A stretch of 64,000 nucleotides of DNA, from assembly GCA_002269645.1 (NCBI GenBank), contig NIVC01000628.1:310001-374000 (forward strand), given 5' to 3'. Source of the DNA: Macrostomum lignano (Eukaryota). A program made the translations under genes and the position numbers. Every line of letters starts with the position of its first letter. Positions within the stretch are counted from its first letter, which is position 1. Under the pieces are notes generated by a model. The model searched no databases. It was given only the letters and a program-made list of their open reading frames with translations, and had not been told where the DNA came from. Below, piece after piece: positions 1 to 11,119 of this stretch.

Positions 1-67
1 AGTAGAGCACGCATAGATACCCACAAAACAGCGGACACAGCACTCCCTCCTCCCCTGACAGAAGCCA

Positions 68-941
68 CTAACACACTCTTACAGACACTAATGACCCTCC
101 TACAGACACTAATGACCCTCCTACAGACACTAACGACCCTCCTACAGACACTAATGACCCTCCTACAGACACTAACGACCCTCCTACAGACACTAACGAC
201 CCTCTTACAGACATCAATGACCCTCCTTCAGACACTAATGACCCTCCTACAGACACTAATGACCCTCCTATAGACACTAACGACCCTCCTACAGACACGA
301 ATAACTCTCCTACAGACATCAATGACCCTCCTACAGACACTAATGACCTTCCTACAGACACGAATGACCCTCCTATAGACACGAATAACTCTCCTACAGA
401 CATCAATGACCCTCCTACAGACACTAACGACCCTCCTACAGACACTAATGACCTTCCTACAGACACGAATGACCCTCGTACAGACACTAATGACCCTCCT
501 ACAGACATCAATGACCCTCCTTCAGACACTATCCTACAGACACTAATGACCCTCCTACAGACATCAATGACCCTCCTACAGACACTAATGACCCTCCTAC
601 AGACATCAATGACCCTCCTTCAGACACTAATGACCTTCCTACAGACACGAATGACCCTCCTATAGACACGAATAACTCTCCTACAGACATCAATGACCCT
701 CCTACAGACACTAATGACCCTCCTACAGACATCAATGACCCTCCTTCAGACACTAATGACCTTCCTACAGACACGAATGACCCTCCTACAGACATCAATG
801 ACCCTCCTACAGACACTAATGACCTTCCTACAGACACGAATGACCCTCCTACAGACACTAATGACCCTCCTACAGACATCAATGACCCTCCTTCAGACAC
901 TAATGACCTTCCTACAGACACGAATGACCCTCCTACAGACC
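68..941. repeat. 21-bp minisatellite (ACAGACACTAATGACCCTCCT), ~41 copies with variants
   Basis: Tandem unit read directly; the repetitive ORFs here (MTLLQTL, SVGGSLV) are 7-aa translations of it. Confidence 0.95.
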
Positions 942-1177
942 CTCCTCAAAGGCGAAATAAAATAACGCAAGCAATCAACCATGGCATGGGATTAAAACAG
1001 ACGAACAAATTTAAAAACAAATTGCTGAACAAACGGGCAACAACAATAAATGAATTAGTTTTACAATAGTAATTATTTTGTATTTAATATTACACTTATA
1101 ATTAGCAGCGATGAAGAACAAAGTCGAATTTGACTATGGCGAATTAGCGAAGCAATAAAAATAGCCTTTTTTCACAG

Positions 1178-1216
1178 GAAGGGCTGATGCTGACGGTTGC
1201 AGAACGGGGAGTCTAA
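1178..1216 (+). CDS. Possible terminal coding exon (EGLMLTVAERGV*) of a + strand gene starting left of the window
   Basis: TTTTTTCACAG acceptor ending at 1177, short open frame to TAA at 1214-1216, AATAAA near 1279. No homology recognised. Confidence 0.2.
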   Translation, partial: EGLMLTVAERGV

Positions 1217-1463
1217 CAATTAAACACATTATTAATGGACAATCAAAGCATAAAATCATAGAATTTTTAATTTACACCAATAAATCAATTCATTAGTTGT
1301 AGACTGTCAATTAACGCGAACAAGTTTGTAGGTTAAGAATACATTTAAGCACAAAAATTCAAAATATACTGGACTATGGGTATGGGTGCGACAACTGCTT
1401 GATTGTAACTGGCATGTGACGGTTTGTTGAAAGGGAGAAGATAAGAAGGGCAGGCTTGGCTGT

Positions 1464-2420
1464 CTCAAAATCTCATAGCTAAGCTGGCTGATAACCTCAA
1501 AATCTCATAGCTAAGCTGGCTGATAACCTCAAAATCTCATAGCTAAGCTGGCTGATAACCTCAAAATCTCATAGCTAAGCTGGCTGATAACCTCAAAATC
1601 TCATAGCTAAGCTGGCTGATAACCGCATAATCTCATAGCTAAGCTGGCTGATAACCTCGAAATCTCATAGCTAAGCTGGCTGATAACCGCAAAATCTCAT
1701 AGCTAAGCTGGCTGATAAGCGCAAAATCTCATAGCTAAGCTGGCTGATAACCGCAAAATCTCATAGCTAAGCTGGCTGATAACCGCAAAATCTCATAGCT
1801 AAGCTGGCTGATAACCTCAAAATCTCATAGCTAAGCTGGCTGATAACCTCAAAATCTCATAGCTAAGCTGGCTGATAACCTCAAAATCTCATAGCTAAGC
1901 TGGCTGATAACCTCAAAATCTCATAGCTAAGCTGGCTGATAACCTCAAAATCTCATAGCTAAGCTGGCTGATAACCTCAAAATCTCATAGCTAAGCTGGC
2001 TGATAACCTCAAAATCTCATAGCTAAGCTGGCTGATAACCGCATAATCTCATAGCTAAGCTGGCTGACAAACTCAAAATCTCATAGCTAAGCTGGCTGAT
2101 AACCGCAAAATTTCATAGCTAAGCTGGCTGATAACCGCAAAATCTCAGAGCTAAGCTAGCTGATAACCTCAAAATCTCAGAGCTAGGCTAGCTGATAACC
2201 GCAAAATCTCATAGCTAAGCTAGCTGATAACCGCAAAATCTCATAGCTAAGCTAGCTGATAACCTCAAAATCTCATAGCTAAGCTGGCTGATAACCTCAA
2301 AATCTCATAGCTAAGCTGGCTGATAACCGCAAAATCTCATAGCTAAGCTGGCTGATAACCTCAAAATCTCATAGCTAAGCTGGCTGATAACTGCAAAATC
2401 TCATAGCTAAGGTAGCTAAT
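1464..2420. repeat. 32-bp minisatellite (AATCTCATAGCTAAGCTGGCTGATAACCTCAA), ~30 copies
   Basis: Period 32 read directly (1501, 1533, ...). Confidence 0.95.
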
Positions 2421-2906
2421 GACTAAAAACTCCCAGAAATTTCCAAAATTACATTTACATTTATTGTATAATTACAGATTAGAGAATGCAGGAAAGAGTT
2501 TCAAACTCACTATCTAATCAATGTAATAAACTTAATTTACATAAATATAAAAGCACACAGGGACCGAATTCAATGTTGCAATCGGTCAATTGTACACGCC
2601 GCTAATAACCATTTTTGTACAATTCTTCAACAAAAAACCAAAATTAGAAAAAGCACAATATTTGATGAATTGATTTATTTGTACACTAAATAAGAATAAA
2701 GTTATAGCTTGCCATTGATAATAAATTACACATATTAATTAATTATATACTTATGTATAGCAGGGAAATGCAGGCTGCTATCATTCACCGCATTATTATA
2801 TTTTATTAATATAATAGTGAACTGGGAGTGCTGAATTTTGCCTACGGATCAAATACAAATGGTACTGAATATCTAAATAATGTGTTCATTTACAGTCTAC
2901 TTATGC

Positions 2907-2996
2907 GCTGTCTGTCTGTCTGTCTATCTATCTATCTGTCTATCTATCTATCTGTCTGTATATCTAGCTGTCTATCTATCTATCTATCTGTCTGTA

Positions 2997-3029
<33 letters not shown>

Positions 3030-3107
3030 GTCTGTATATCTATCTGTCTGTCTATCTACCTATCTATCTATCCATCTATCTATCCATCTATCTATCTATC
3101 TATCTAT
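2907..3107. repeat. (TCTA)n/(TCTG)n microsatellite
   Basis: Read directly. Confidence 0.95.
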
Positions 3108-3381
3108 TTATTCGTATGTGGCTGCTAAAGCCATCTTCTAGGATCTCCGCATGAAATTCCTCAATTCGCTAGACTCACAATTGTAGCGTTTATGCACTTT
3201 AAGAGCGCGGGAGCGAATTCCAAGGAGTCACGGAGTTTTGGTCATACATATTTAATACCTGGCATCCACGTGTTCCTTATCAATAATTTCAATTACAAAT
3301 TTGACTACTTAATAATGATGAACTGTTCGTATCAACGGAGGAAACCAAGCCAGTTTCCTAAGCCACTGAAATCGCAGGCGC

Positions 3382-6300
3382 TCAGTTATCAGCAGCGATT
3401 GATGTGACGGCAGGCTCGGGTGCGTCGCTGACTGGCGGTGCGACGGTTTCGGCAGCGGCTGATGACCGAGCCCGCTTCCGCTCGCCGCCGCCTTCGCTCT
3501 CTTTGCTGCTGCTGCTGTCTCGACTGCCGTCGTTTTTATCGTCGCTACTGTCGTCGCCAGGCGCCGTCAGCGGCTCATTAGCGCGACGCTTCACGCCGGC
3601 GCCGGAGGAGGAGGCGGCTGCAAAACTGCGCATATGTTGCAGACGAGACTGCAGTGCTGAGTTCAATAACTGGGCATCGCCGACAGAATTGAGAACCAGA
3701 AGGCAAACCCGCAGGCCGGCGCCGACGCTGACACCGGCGGATTCGCATTCTTCGATTGATTGCACACTGATGCGAAGGCGCTTAGAGCTGCCAGGCTCGC
3801 CAACTAGTTCAACGCTCATCTCTGGCCACAGCATTGTGTTTATAATTACCTGAGCAATGTAATATTTTATTAGTTTTATTAGTTACTCAGCGTTTTTGGC
3901 TTCAATCTTTTATCCTTCAGTCTCTGCTACCCTCCCACTGATCTTTCAGGAGTCTCTGCTACCCTCCCACTGATCTTTCAGGAGTCTCTGCTACCCTCCC
4001 ACTGATCTTTCAGGAGTCTCTGCTACCCTCCCACTAATACTTCACGAGTCTCTGCTCTCCGCACACTGATCCTTCAGGAGTCTCTGCTCTCCGCACACTG
4101 ATCCTTCAGGAGTCTCTGCTCTCCGCACACTGATCCTTCACGAGTCTCTGGCCAGTGTTGGGCAAGTTACTCAAAAAAAGTAACTTGCGTTACTGTCACT
4201 TAAGTTACCAATTTTTAAAAAGTAACTTACGTTAGCCTAGTAACTTTAGACAAAAACCTGGTAACTTTTAAGTTACTGTCCATTACTCACTTCCGTTACG
4301 CATGTTATTAACAAAATTTTCTGCTTTTTTTACATTGCACATTTTTTCACATTGTTGTTACCGAAATTTGCCATTGGGCATTGGGATTAACAGACAGAGA
4401 CAGGAATTGGCGACACGATGTGAGGCAAGTGAAGGACCAATGGGCAATGGCAATCAATAATTAAAATTATAAATGATAAAATAAACAAATATCAATAATT
4501 CAATAGAGTAAAATAAATAGAACTGTATAAAATGGTGTAGTGTACTGCAGTGCCAGTGGAGGGACTTGTGGAGGCTACAGATGAATTTCTTTCTTTGTTT
4601 GTTTGAATCAAACTTGAAATTTTTAGTAACTTGAAAATGAAAGGCGAAAATATTTTACCGAAATTAACAAAGTAAAACATGTTTCAAGTATTTCTTCATT
4701 AATTAAGCGCAATACCATATGATACTATTCACTTAATTTTGAATTTAGGAATGAAAAATGCAAAAACATGTGACAACCGGCTTACTAGCTAAGCGTTTCA
4801 GTTTTAAATTTAAATATTGCGATTGTTGCAAAGTAACTGTAACGGACTTCCGAAATTTGAGTAACTTACCGTTACTCCGTTACTAAAATAAAAAAGTAAC
4901 TTGCGTTACCATTTGCAAGTTACTCGGTAACGGAAGTGCCCAACACTGTCTCTGGCTCTCCGCACACTGATCCTTCAGGAGTCTCTGGCTCTCCGCACAC
5001 TGATCCTTCAGGAGTCTCTGGCTCTCCGCACACTGATCCTTCAGGAGTCTCTGCTCTCCGCACACTGATCCTTCAGGAGTCTCTGGCTCTCCGCACACTG
5101 ATCCTTCAGGAGTCTCTGGCTCTCCGCACACTGATCCTTCAGGAGTCTCTGGCTCTCCGCACACTGATCCTTCAGGAGTCTCTGGCTCTCCGCACACTGA
5201 TCCTTCAGGAGTCTCTGCTCTCCGCACACTGATCCTTCAGGAGTCTCTGCTCTCCGCACACTGATCCTTCAGGAGTCTCTGGCTCTCCGCACACTGATCC
5301 TTCAGGAGTCTCTGCTACCCTCCCACTGATCTTTCAGGAGTCTCTGCTACCCTCCCACTGATCTTTCAGGAGTCTCTGCTACCCTCCCACTGATCCTTTC
5401 ATCACATAGATAGATCACACCGTCTTTTAGCGACCACCATTCAGCACAACAACCCTTTAGGTCATTAAAGGAGGGGTCAAAAGCACGCGATACTGACCTT
5501 AAGACCGCCTTGGCTGCGGCAAATCAGTCTCGATTTAAGCGGCTGCCGGCCACGTTCGCCAGGCGTTGTTTGCCGATCGTTCAATCGCAAGAAGGCGCGG
5601 CCCCGTTCGACCCAAGATTTGCTAGCGGCATCGAATACGAAAACTCGGCACGGCATGCGGAGCACATTCTCTTCGCCTTCTTCGCCCGTTACCACGGCAA
5701 CCTGGCTGAACTCGCCAACCGCCGATTCCTGCTGCTGCCGACGCTCTAATTCGTACTTCTCTGCGGACGCTTTCAATGCCGACGCGGATTTTTCCTCTTT
5801 GGCAGCGGCTGGGACCGGCTCCGACTTGCCATCAGCCTGGCTGCTGTCGACGGTCTCTTTTGCGTCGCTGTCAACGTCGCTCCTCTGGGCGCCAATTGAG
5901 AAGTCGGCGGCAGCGGCCGCGCCGCTAGCGTCGATTCCAGAGTCGGACGTTTTTGACGAACAGGCGGCATCGGCAAAGGTGGCCAGCGGCGAAGCGGACG
6001 CGCCAAACTGTACCACGCGGCTGGAGAGGTTCTCGCCGAATACGTAGCCGGATCCGCTGCCGCTGCTGGCGCCGCCGCTCTCTAGCGGGCGAACAAATCG
6101 GCTAAAATAGTTGCCACCCTCGCTGCTGCCCCCAGGCCCAGCAGCCTCGCCAGAGTTGGTCCCCGCTGTTGATTTGTCATTATCATTAGTAGCGCTGCTA
6201 CTACTGCTAGAATTGGCGCTCCCGCCGCCGTTGCAATTCTTGGCGCTAGTGGCGCCTATACTGGCGCCAATTGTTGCGCCACCAGACGAAGAAACGGGTA

Positions 6301-6472
6301 GTCGGGGCGGACCAAGGCGAAATGGCGACACTGTTGACGCCGATAGAGACGATGGAGCAACAAAAACTTTATCGGCAGTTGCAGCCAGGCTTGATGGACG
6401 GAAGAAGCTGTCCATAGTGGGCTGGCTGCCACCGCTGCCTGCACTGTTGCTACTATTGCGCGAGTCTGTCAT
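3382..6472 (-). CDS. RANBP3: Ran-binding protein 3-like (RanBD domain); complement(join(3382..3849,5498..6472)), 480 aa
   Basis: Motifs NYFSRFV, GYVFGENLSSRV and VVTGEEGEENVLRMPCRVFVFDAASKSWVERGRAFLRLND. The splice AAG|GTCAGT (5497) to CTCAG|GTA (3849) joins RSQGGLK to VIINTMLWPEM, matching the RanBP3 RTQGSLRLILNTKLW segment in frame. An acceptor 6 nt upstream of the ATG means an upstream exon or trans-splice site is possible. Confidence 0.9.
3921..5397. repeat. 32/33-bp minisatellite in the RanBP3 intron (TCTCTGGCTCTCCGCACACTGATCCTTCAGGAG and variants), split by a MITE
   Basis: Units at 3921-4152 and 4949-5397. Confidence 0.93.
4153..4948. mobile_element. Non-autonomous hAT-type DNA transposon (MITE), 796 bp
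   Basis: Perfect 12-bp TIR CAGTGTTGGGCA/TGCCCAACACTG, perfect 8-bp TSD TCTCTGGC (4145-4152, 4949-4956), many subterminal GTAAC/GTTAC motifs, no transposase ORF. Confidence 0.9.
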
Positions 6473-7162
6473 GTGAGCCTGCAGTCAAATTTTCTATGGC
6501 TGAAACATATTTGCTACTTGTTGAATCTGTGATAGTATATAGTTATCACTACAGCAAAAAGTACAGTTGGCAACTATATTAATTTGAACTTGAATATAAA
6601 ATCGACATTATTGTAAAGTTAGTTCATAAGCCTAAAGATTAGAATAATAGAACATTGTTACCTATCTACCTACCCAAGAAATATATACTAGCCTAGCTCT
6701 ACAGCACATGGCGCAAGCTATGTCACTCAAAAGTCAATACTAAGCTATAATTTACTGCATATTCTCAAAGATGGTAACCTAATATTGTCAAATATACTAT
6801 ATATACTATACAGTATACAAGGAGCATGCCCCATTTTTTGTATGATTCATTGTTTGCTATATATATCATTATTAGCTATATATACTATTATTTGCCACAT
6901 GTAATCTTATCTTTTAGCTAACCTATTCACTAGACCTACTCTCTAGCTTATCTGTGTATATAGTGTACATGATCTAACTTCCTAGGACCTAGGACATATA
7001 ATTGCAAAGTAAAGAAAATTATATATATATAATATACTTACAACTAAGACTAAGTAAGTACAATATATTTATGGAATTTTATGATTATAATTTAAGAGTA
7101 TATTATAAAATTTCTTTATATCTACTATAGTTGAGAAGCTATATATATCATTGGGGGTTGTA

Positions 7163-7470
7163 GGGGGTTGTAGCCTAGTGGTTAGGGCGTCGGACTCACG
7201 ACTTGAAGGTCGGGGGTTCGATTCCCGATCCCTCTGCAACAATTTGTGTCCTTGAGCAAGACACTTAACTCTGCATTGCTTCAGTTTACCCAGCTGTAAA
7301 ATGGGTACCAGCATTAGCTGGGGTAATTGAGGGTGTGTGTGGCGACCCCCCAGTCCTTGGACTGAACAGCCGTACGCAGCCTTCAGATGCGCCGCGCAAT
7401 AGCTGCGGCTGAGCTGTCGGTTGCACATCTGCCCATTGGGCAGGTGTAATCAATTATTATTATTATTATT
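7163..7470 (+). mobile_element. tRNA-derived SINE with CORE(MIR)-like central domain and (ATT)n tail
   Basis: A box TAGCCTAGTGG (7171), B box GGTTCGATTCCC (~7215), segment TGTGTCCTTGAGCAAGACACTTAAC...CAGTTTACCCAGCTGTAAAATGGG resembling the MIR core, (ATT)n at 7453-7470. Confidence 0.8.
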
Positions 7471-8404
7471 GAGAAGCAACATGTATACCAGGATTTCCTG
7501 GCATACAACAAGGGTCTTACCATTCTTTAGTATACACCAGGATATATCCCAGTATACATGACACAGTAGATACATTGTGCCAAATGACAATTTTTTGTAT
7601 TGGCACACAAACCCAGTATACAAATGAGGTTTTGTCATTTTTTCTGGCATTAAAATTGGCATACACTAATGCATGATCCAAACTATGCTATATCTATTTA
7701 TAGCTATATGTTAAATATTTTCTTATAGCCTATCTATATCTTTATTTATAGCTAATATTTTTTCTTTTTTCTTTTTGCCTTTTCCTCTCTTTTCTCCCTT
7801 TGCTTTTTTTAGTTGGTTCTAGAAGAAAGCCTCAATAAATTATTAGCAGTCTTGCTTTATTTAGGGCCTAATAATGACAAACACTGGATAGTTTTTTTAT
7901 TAGCTTTATTATCTTAACTTTAGCCTTTTATTACAAACCATAATATGCATATAGACTTAGAATTAAGTCAAGAGCTCTTTATAAAAGTTTTGAAACTAGC
8001 AACATTTATTCATTTTAAATAATTTAATATTACTTTTTTATCAAATAAATGGCTTTAATGGTCTTTAAATTTCAACTACCTAGGTCTAATAATAGATTTA
8101 GGGGAGGTGCACAAGGTAGGCCTATATATCTTCCATTGAGTTTGTTTTTAATTTTTTTTCTATTTGGCCCTTAATGTACCTTAGTAATCTATTTGCAACA
8201 TATATCCTTTATTCAAAATTTTCTATATCCACTCCTGATTCAAAGTTTAAGGCATTTTAAGTATCTAAGTTATTAGGCCTACTTATTGAATAGACTAGAT
8301 ATAGGCCTAGCATAGGCCTAGGAACTATATATAAGAGATATAGGAGGAAGATTCAAGAGAAAACAAAAAAAATCAACATAGGATCTAAGTTTAACTTCCT
8401 TAAT

Positions 8405-9189
8405 AGAAGTGCTTATCCCCACAGACATAGTCCCATGCCAATAATTCCAACTTTATCTACATAGATCTGTGATTCTATGTCAATGATTTTTAGCTTATCC
8501 CTTTAGGCTATAGCTAAGATTGTGCAATTGTTTGGGTAGTTTTGTGTATTGACGTTAAATTGATATGGTCATTGTTATTAAAACTATTTTGTCATTATTA
8601 TTACATTTTGAATTTTGAATTGTGCAAGTCTCATTTGCATTGATCTTAGGGTCATTTGGTTCAGTTGTTCTAAGCAAAGCCAGCAGCTAAATGAATGTTT
8701 AAAATTGACCCTTTTAATGACAAAAAGTTTTAAGAAAGTAGGCTCCTACTCACACTAAATTCCCTTAATACTATTTAGTATTCAGTAGTTTATTTGGAAG
8801 ATTTATAAAACAATAAAAACAAAGAGATGGTTTTTGAACAAATTAATTTTAAGGTTCTCTATTCCAATAAGCTGCCATGGGGATAAGCTGAAAATTATCA
8901 ACATGGATCTGTGTGCATAAAATTGGAATTATTGACACAGCCCATAAACTTGAATAGTGGCAGGCAGCAGCTATTTCAATAAGTTGCTATAGGGATAAGC
9001 TAGAAATTATTATCACAGATCCATGTGAAAAAATTGAATTATTGACACAGCCTATAGACTTGTATGGTGGCAGCTATTTTAAAAAGCTGCTGTGGGATAA
9101 GCTGGAAATTATTGACATAGATCCATGTGGATAAAATTGGAATTATTGGCACAAGACCATGGGGTCACCGGTCAGGGATAAGTACTTCT
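8405..9189. mobile_element. Old degenerate inverted-repeat element with ~110-bp subterminal tandem units
   Basis: AGAAGTGCTTATCCC (8405) vs GGGATAAGTACTTCT (9175-9189), 14/15 inverted match; 8405-8500 is an inverted copy of the unit repeated three times at ~8870-9170. No clear TSD. Confidence 0.5.
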
Positions 9190-9732
9190 TAAATTTAATT
9201 AATTAAATGACGCATTTCACACTAACACTACAAGTAGTCCTAGCCTACAATAGACCTATGCATCTTTAGGTTTATTTGAACTTACAAATAAAAGAAGTAG
9301 CCATCTAGAATAGGACACATTTCTTTCTTGACATACATAGCCATGGACATAGTATGGGTTTGCTGACTTTAGGAAGATCCTAGGCCTAGGAATTGTAGAA
9401 TTAGGTCCAGCCGGCTACCTAGGCCTAGCCCTAGCATAAAGGGCTTTGGCCTAGGCTGTACCTACCTAAGGGCCTAGGCTAGGCCCACTTTTTTAAACTA
9501 AACTTACAAGCAAGTATTGATAGTAGGTCTAACTTGGACATAGTCATAGGCCTAGATTATGTTCCCACCAATCCGACGCATGCAACTGCGAGCAATAATC
9601 TGCCGCCTGCATCTGTTAGGGCTAGCAATGGACTGAGTAATTTAGACAGTTGAAACCTAGGGTAGGCGTAGGCCTAGGGAAGGGAGCGTCGCGCGTAAGG
9701 GGCAGGACTGCACTGTGCCCTGCTATTTACAG

Positions 9733-10289
9733 ACCACAGCCAGGAAGACGGTAGAATCCTCGGAATTTTCCGGCGCAAATCAGCAATTTGCCGGCGCACG
9801 GCGCACACTTCACTGCGCCGCGCGCATGGGCTCGGCGCATCGGCGCATGGCTCGGTGCATCGGTGCATGGCTCGGCGCATGGCGCACAAGGTACGTCAGT
9901 GTACGTGACAATATAATAATGATATTGTATATTAAATGTCAATCAATCAATAAAATAAACGATAGTCGATACGATAGTCGTTATTTCCAATGTTGTTTCT
10001 ATTTCAAATTTCATTAATCGACTTAACAAACTTAACAAATTTGCGCCTTTCGCGGCTTTTGTTGCGTCTTTTTGCTTATATTTTGCAAATAGAAGCTATG
10101 ATTGAACTGCTTGAACTTCCATTGATATTGATTCAATTTAGATACTTAATACTTGATGGTGCTTTTTTAAGTGTATTTTTCTCAGCGCATGGCGCACAAG
10201 TAATTTTTTTTTCTCGGCGCACGCGGCGCACAACAAAAATTTTGATGGATGTTATTCCGGCGCACACGCTGCACCTTCCTGACCATGGT
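9733..10289. mobile_element. Candidate non-autonomous TIR element, 557 bp, 6-bp TSD
   Basis: Imperfect TIR ACCACAGCCAGGAAG vs ACCATGGTCAGGAAG (reverse complement of the right end), TTACAG on both flanks (9727-9732, 10290-10295), clustered GGCGCA motifs near both ends. Confidence 0.65.
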
Positions 10290-10732
10290 TTACAGAGTGC
10301 TCAATGAAAGTGTTCAGGAAAAGAAAAAATGCATGCATTTGATGTTTTTTATTACCTTATCTGTGTGATACATGTCTTGCTATCTCACTCAGCTTCCTTT
10401 GTGGTACTTGTTTTAACCAGAAGTTCATGAAACATTTTGGCGCGAATTTGGGTTTCTTTGGTCCAGAATTTTGGTTAATTAGCTAAGGGCCTGCAGCGAG
10501 CTCGCTGCTCGCGCCATGTTTAAACTTTAAAGGATATCAACAAATGTTTATTTTTTCGTATCAACAACTCTGGGTTTTTTAAAGTTGGAAATCCAGTTGC
10601 CAATGGCTAGGCCTATTTTTCGTTGCCCATTGGCAACTAGCCAAATTCTCAAGGATGGATATTTCCAAGAATCCAAGGCTATGTTTGATTTTAAAAAGCA
10701 GAAATTAGTTCTCTTAACTCTAAATCTAAGAT

Positions 10733-11119
10733 CAGGGGCGTAGCCAAGGGGGGGCGGTTATGGGGGTCATGACCCCCCCCCCCAGCCGGCTGATCCAAGC
10801 CAACTTTTTAGCATCCCCCTCCCCCATTGCAGAGGCCTAGCACCCTCTGCCTGGCTGCCCCCATTTGAACTTTGAAGCTGTGAGCCTGTGACCATGTGAC
10901 CCCCCCCATACATGCACAACTTTGGGATTCACTCGGCCGTTTCTATTGGCAACACACGCATGTAAGTCGCTATTGGACAGAACAGTAGTCACGTGACTGC
11001 TCTCAGCCAATAGCGACTTACATGCGTGTGTTGCCAATAGAAACGGCCGGGTGAATCCCAAGGTTGCGCCTAAGCATGCCCCCCCCCTCCCCCAGAAGGA
11101 AATCCTGGCTATGCCACTG
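10733..11119. mobile_element. hAT-type MITE, 387 bp, with an internal 150-bp palindrome
   Basis: TIR CAGGGGCGTAGCCA vs CAGTGGCATAGCCA (12/14), 8-bp TSD TCTAAGAT/TTTAAGAT (7/8), near-perfect inverted repeat at 10917-11066. Confidence 0.85.

Noticed and set aside
7163-7235. tRNA gene
   Set aside because: Anticodon and T stems pair poorly, there is no T-run terminator, and the sequence continues into a SINE body and (ATT)n tail.
10493-10508. Perfect 16-bp palindrome GCAGCGAGCTCGCTGC
   Set aside because: It may be a promoter element, but a single short palindrome is too little to support a call.
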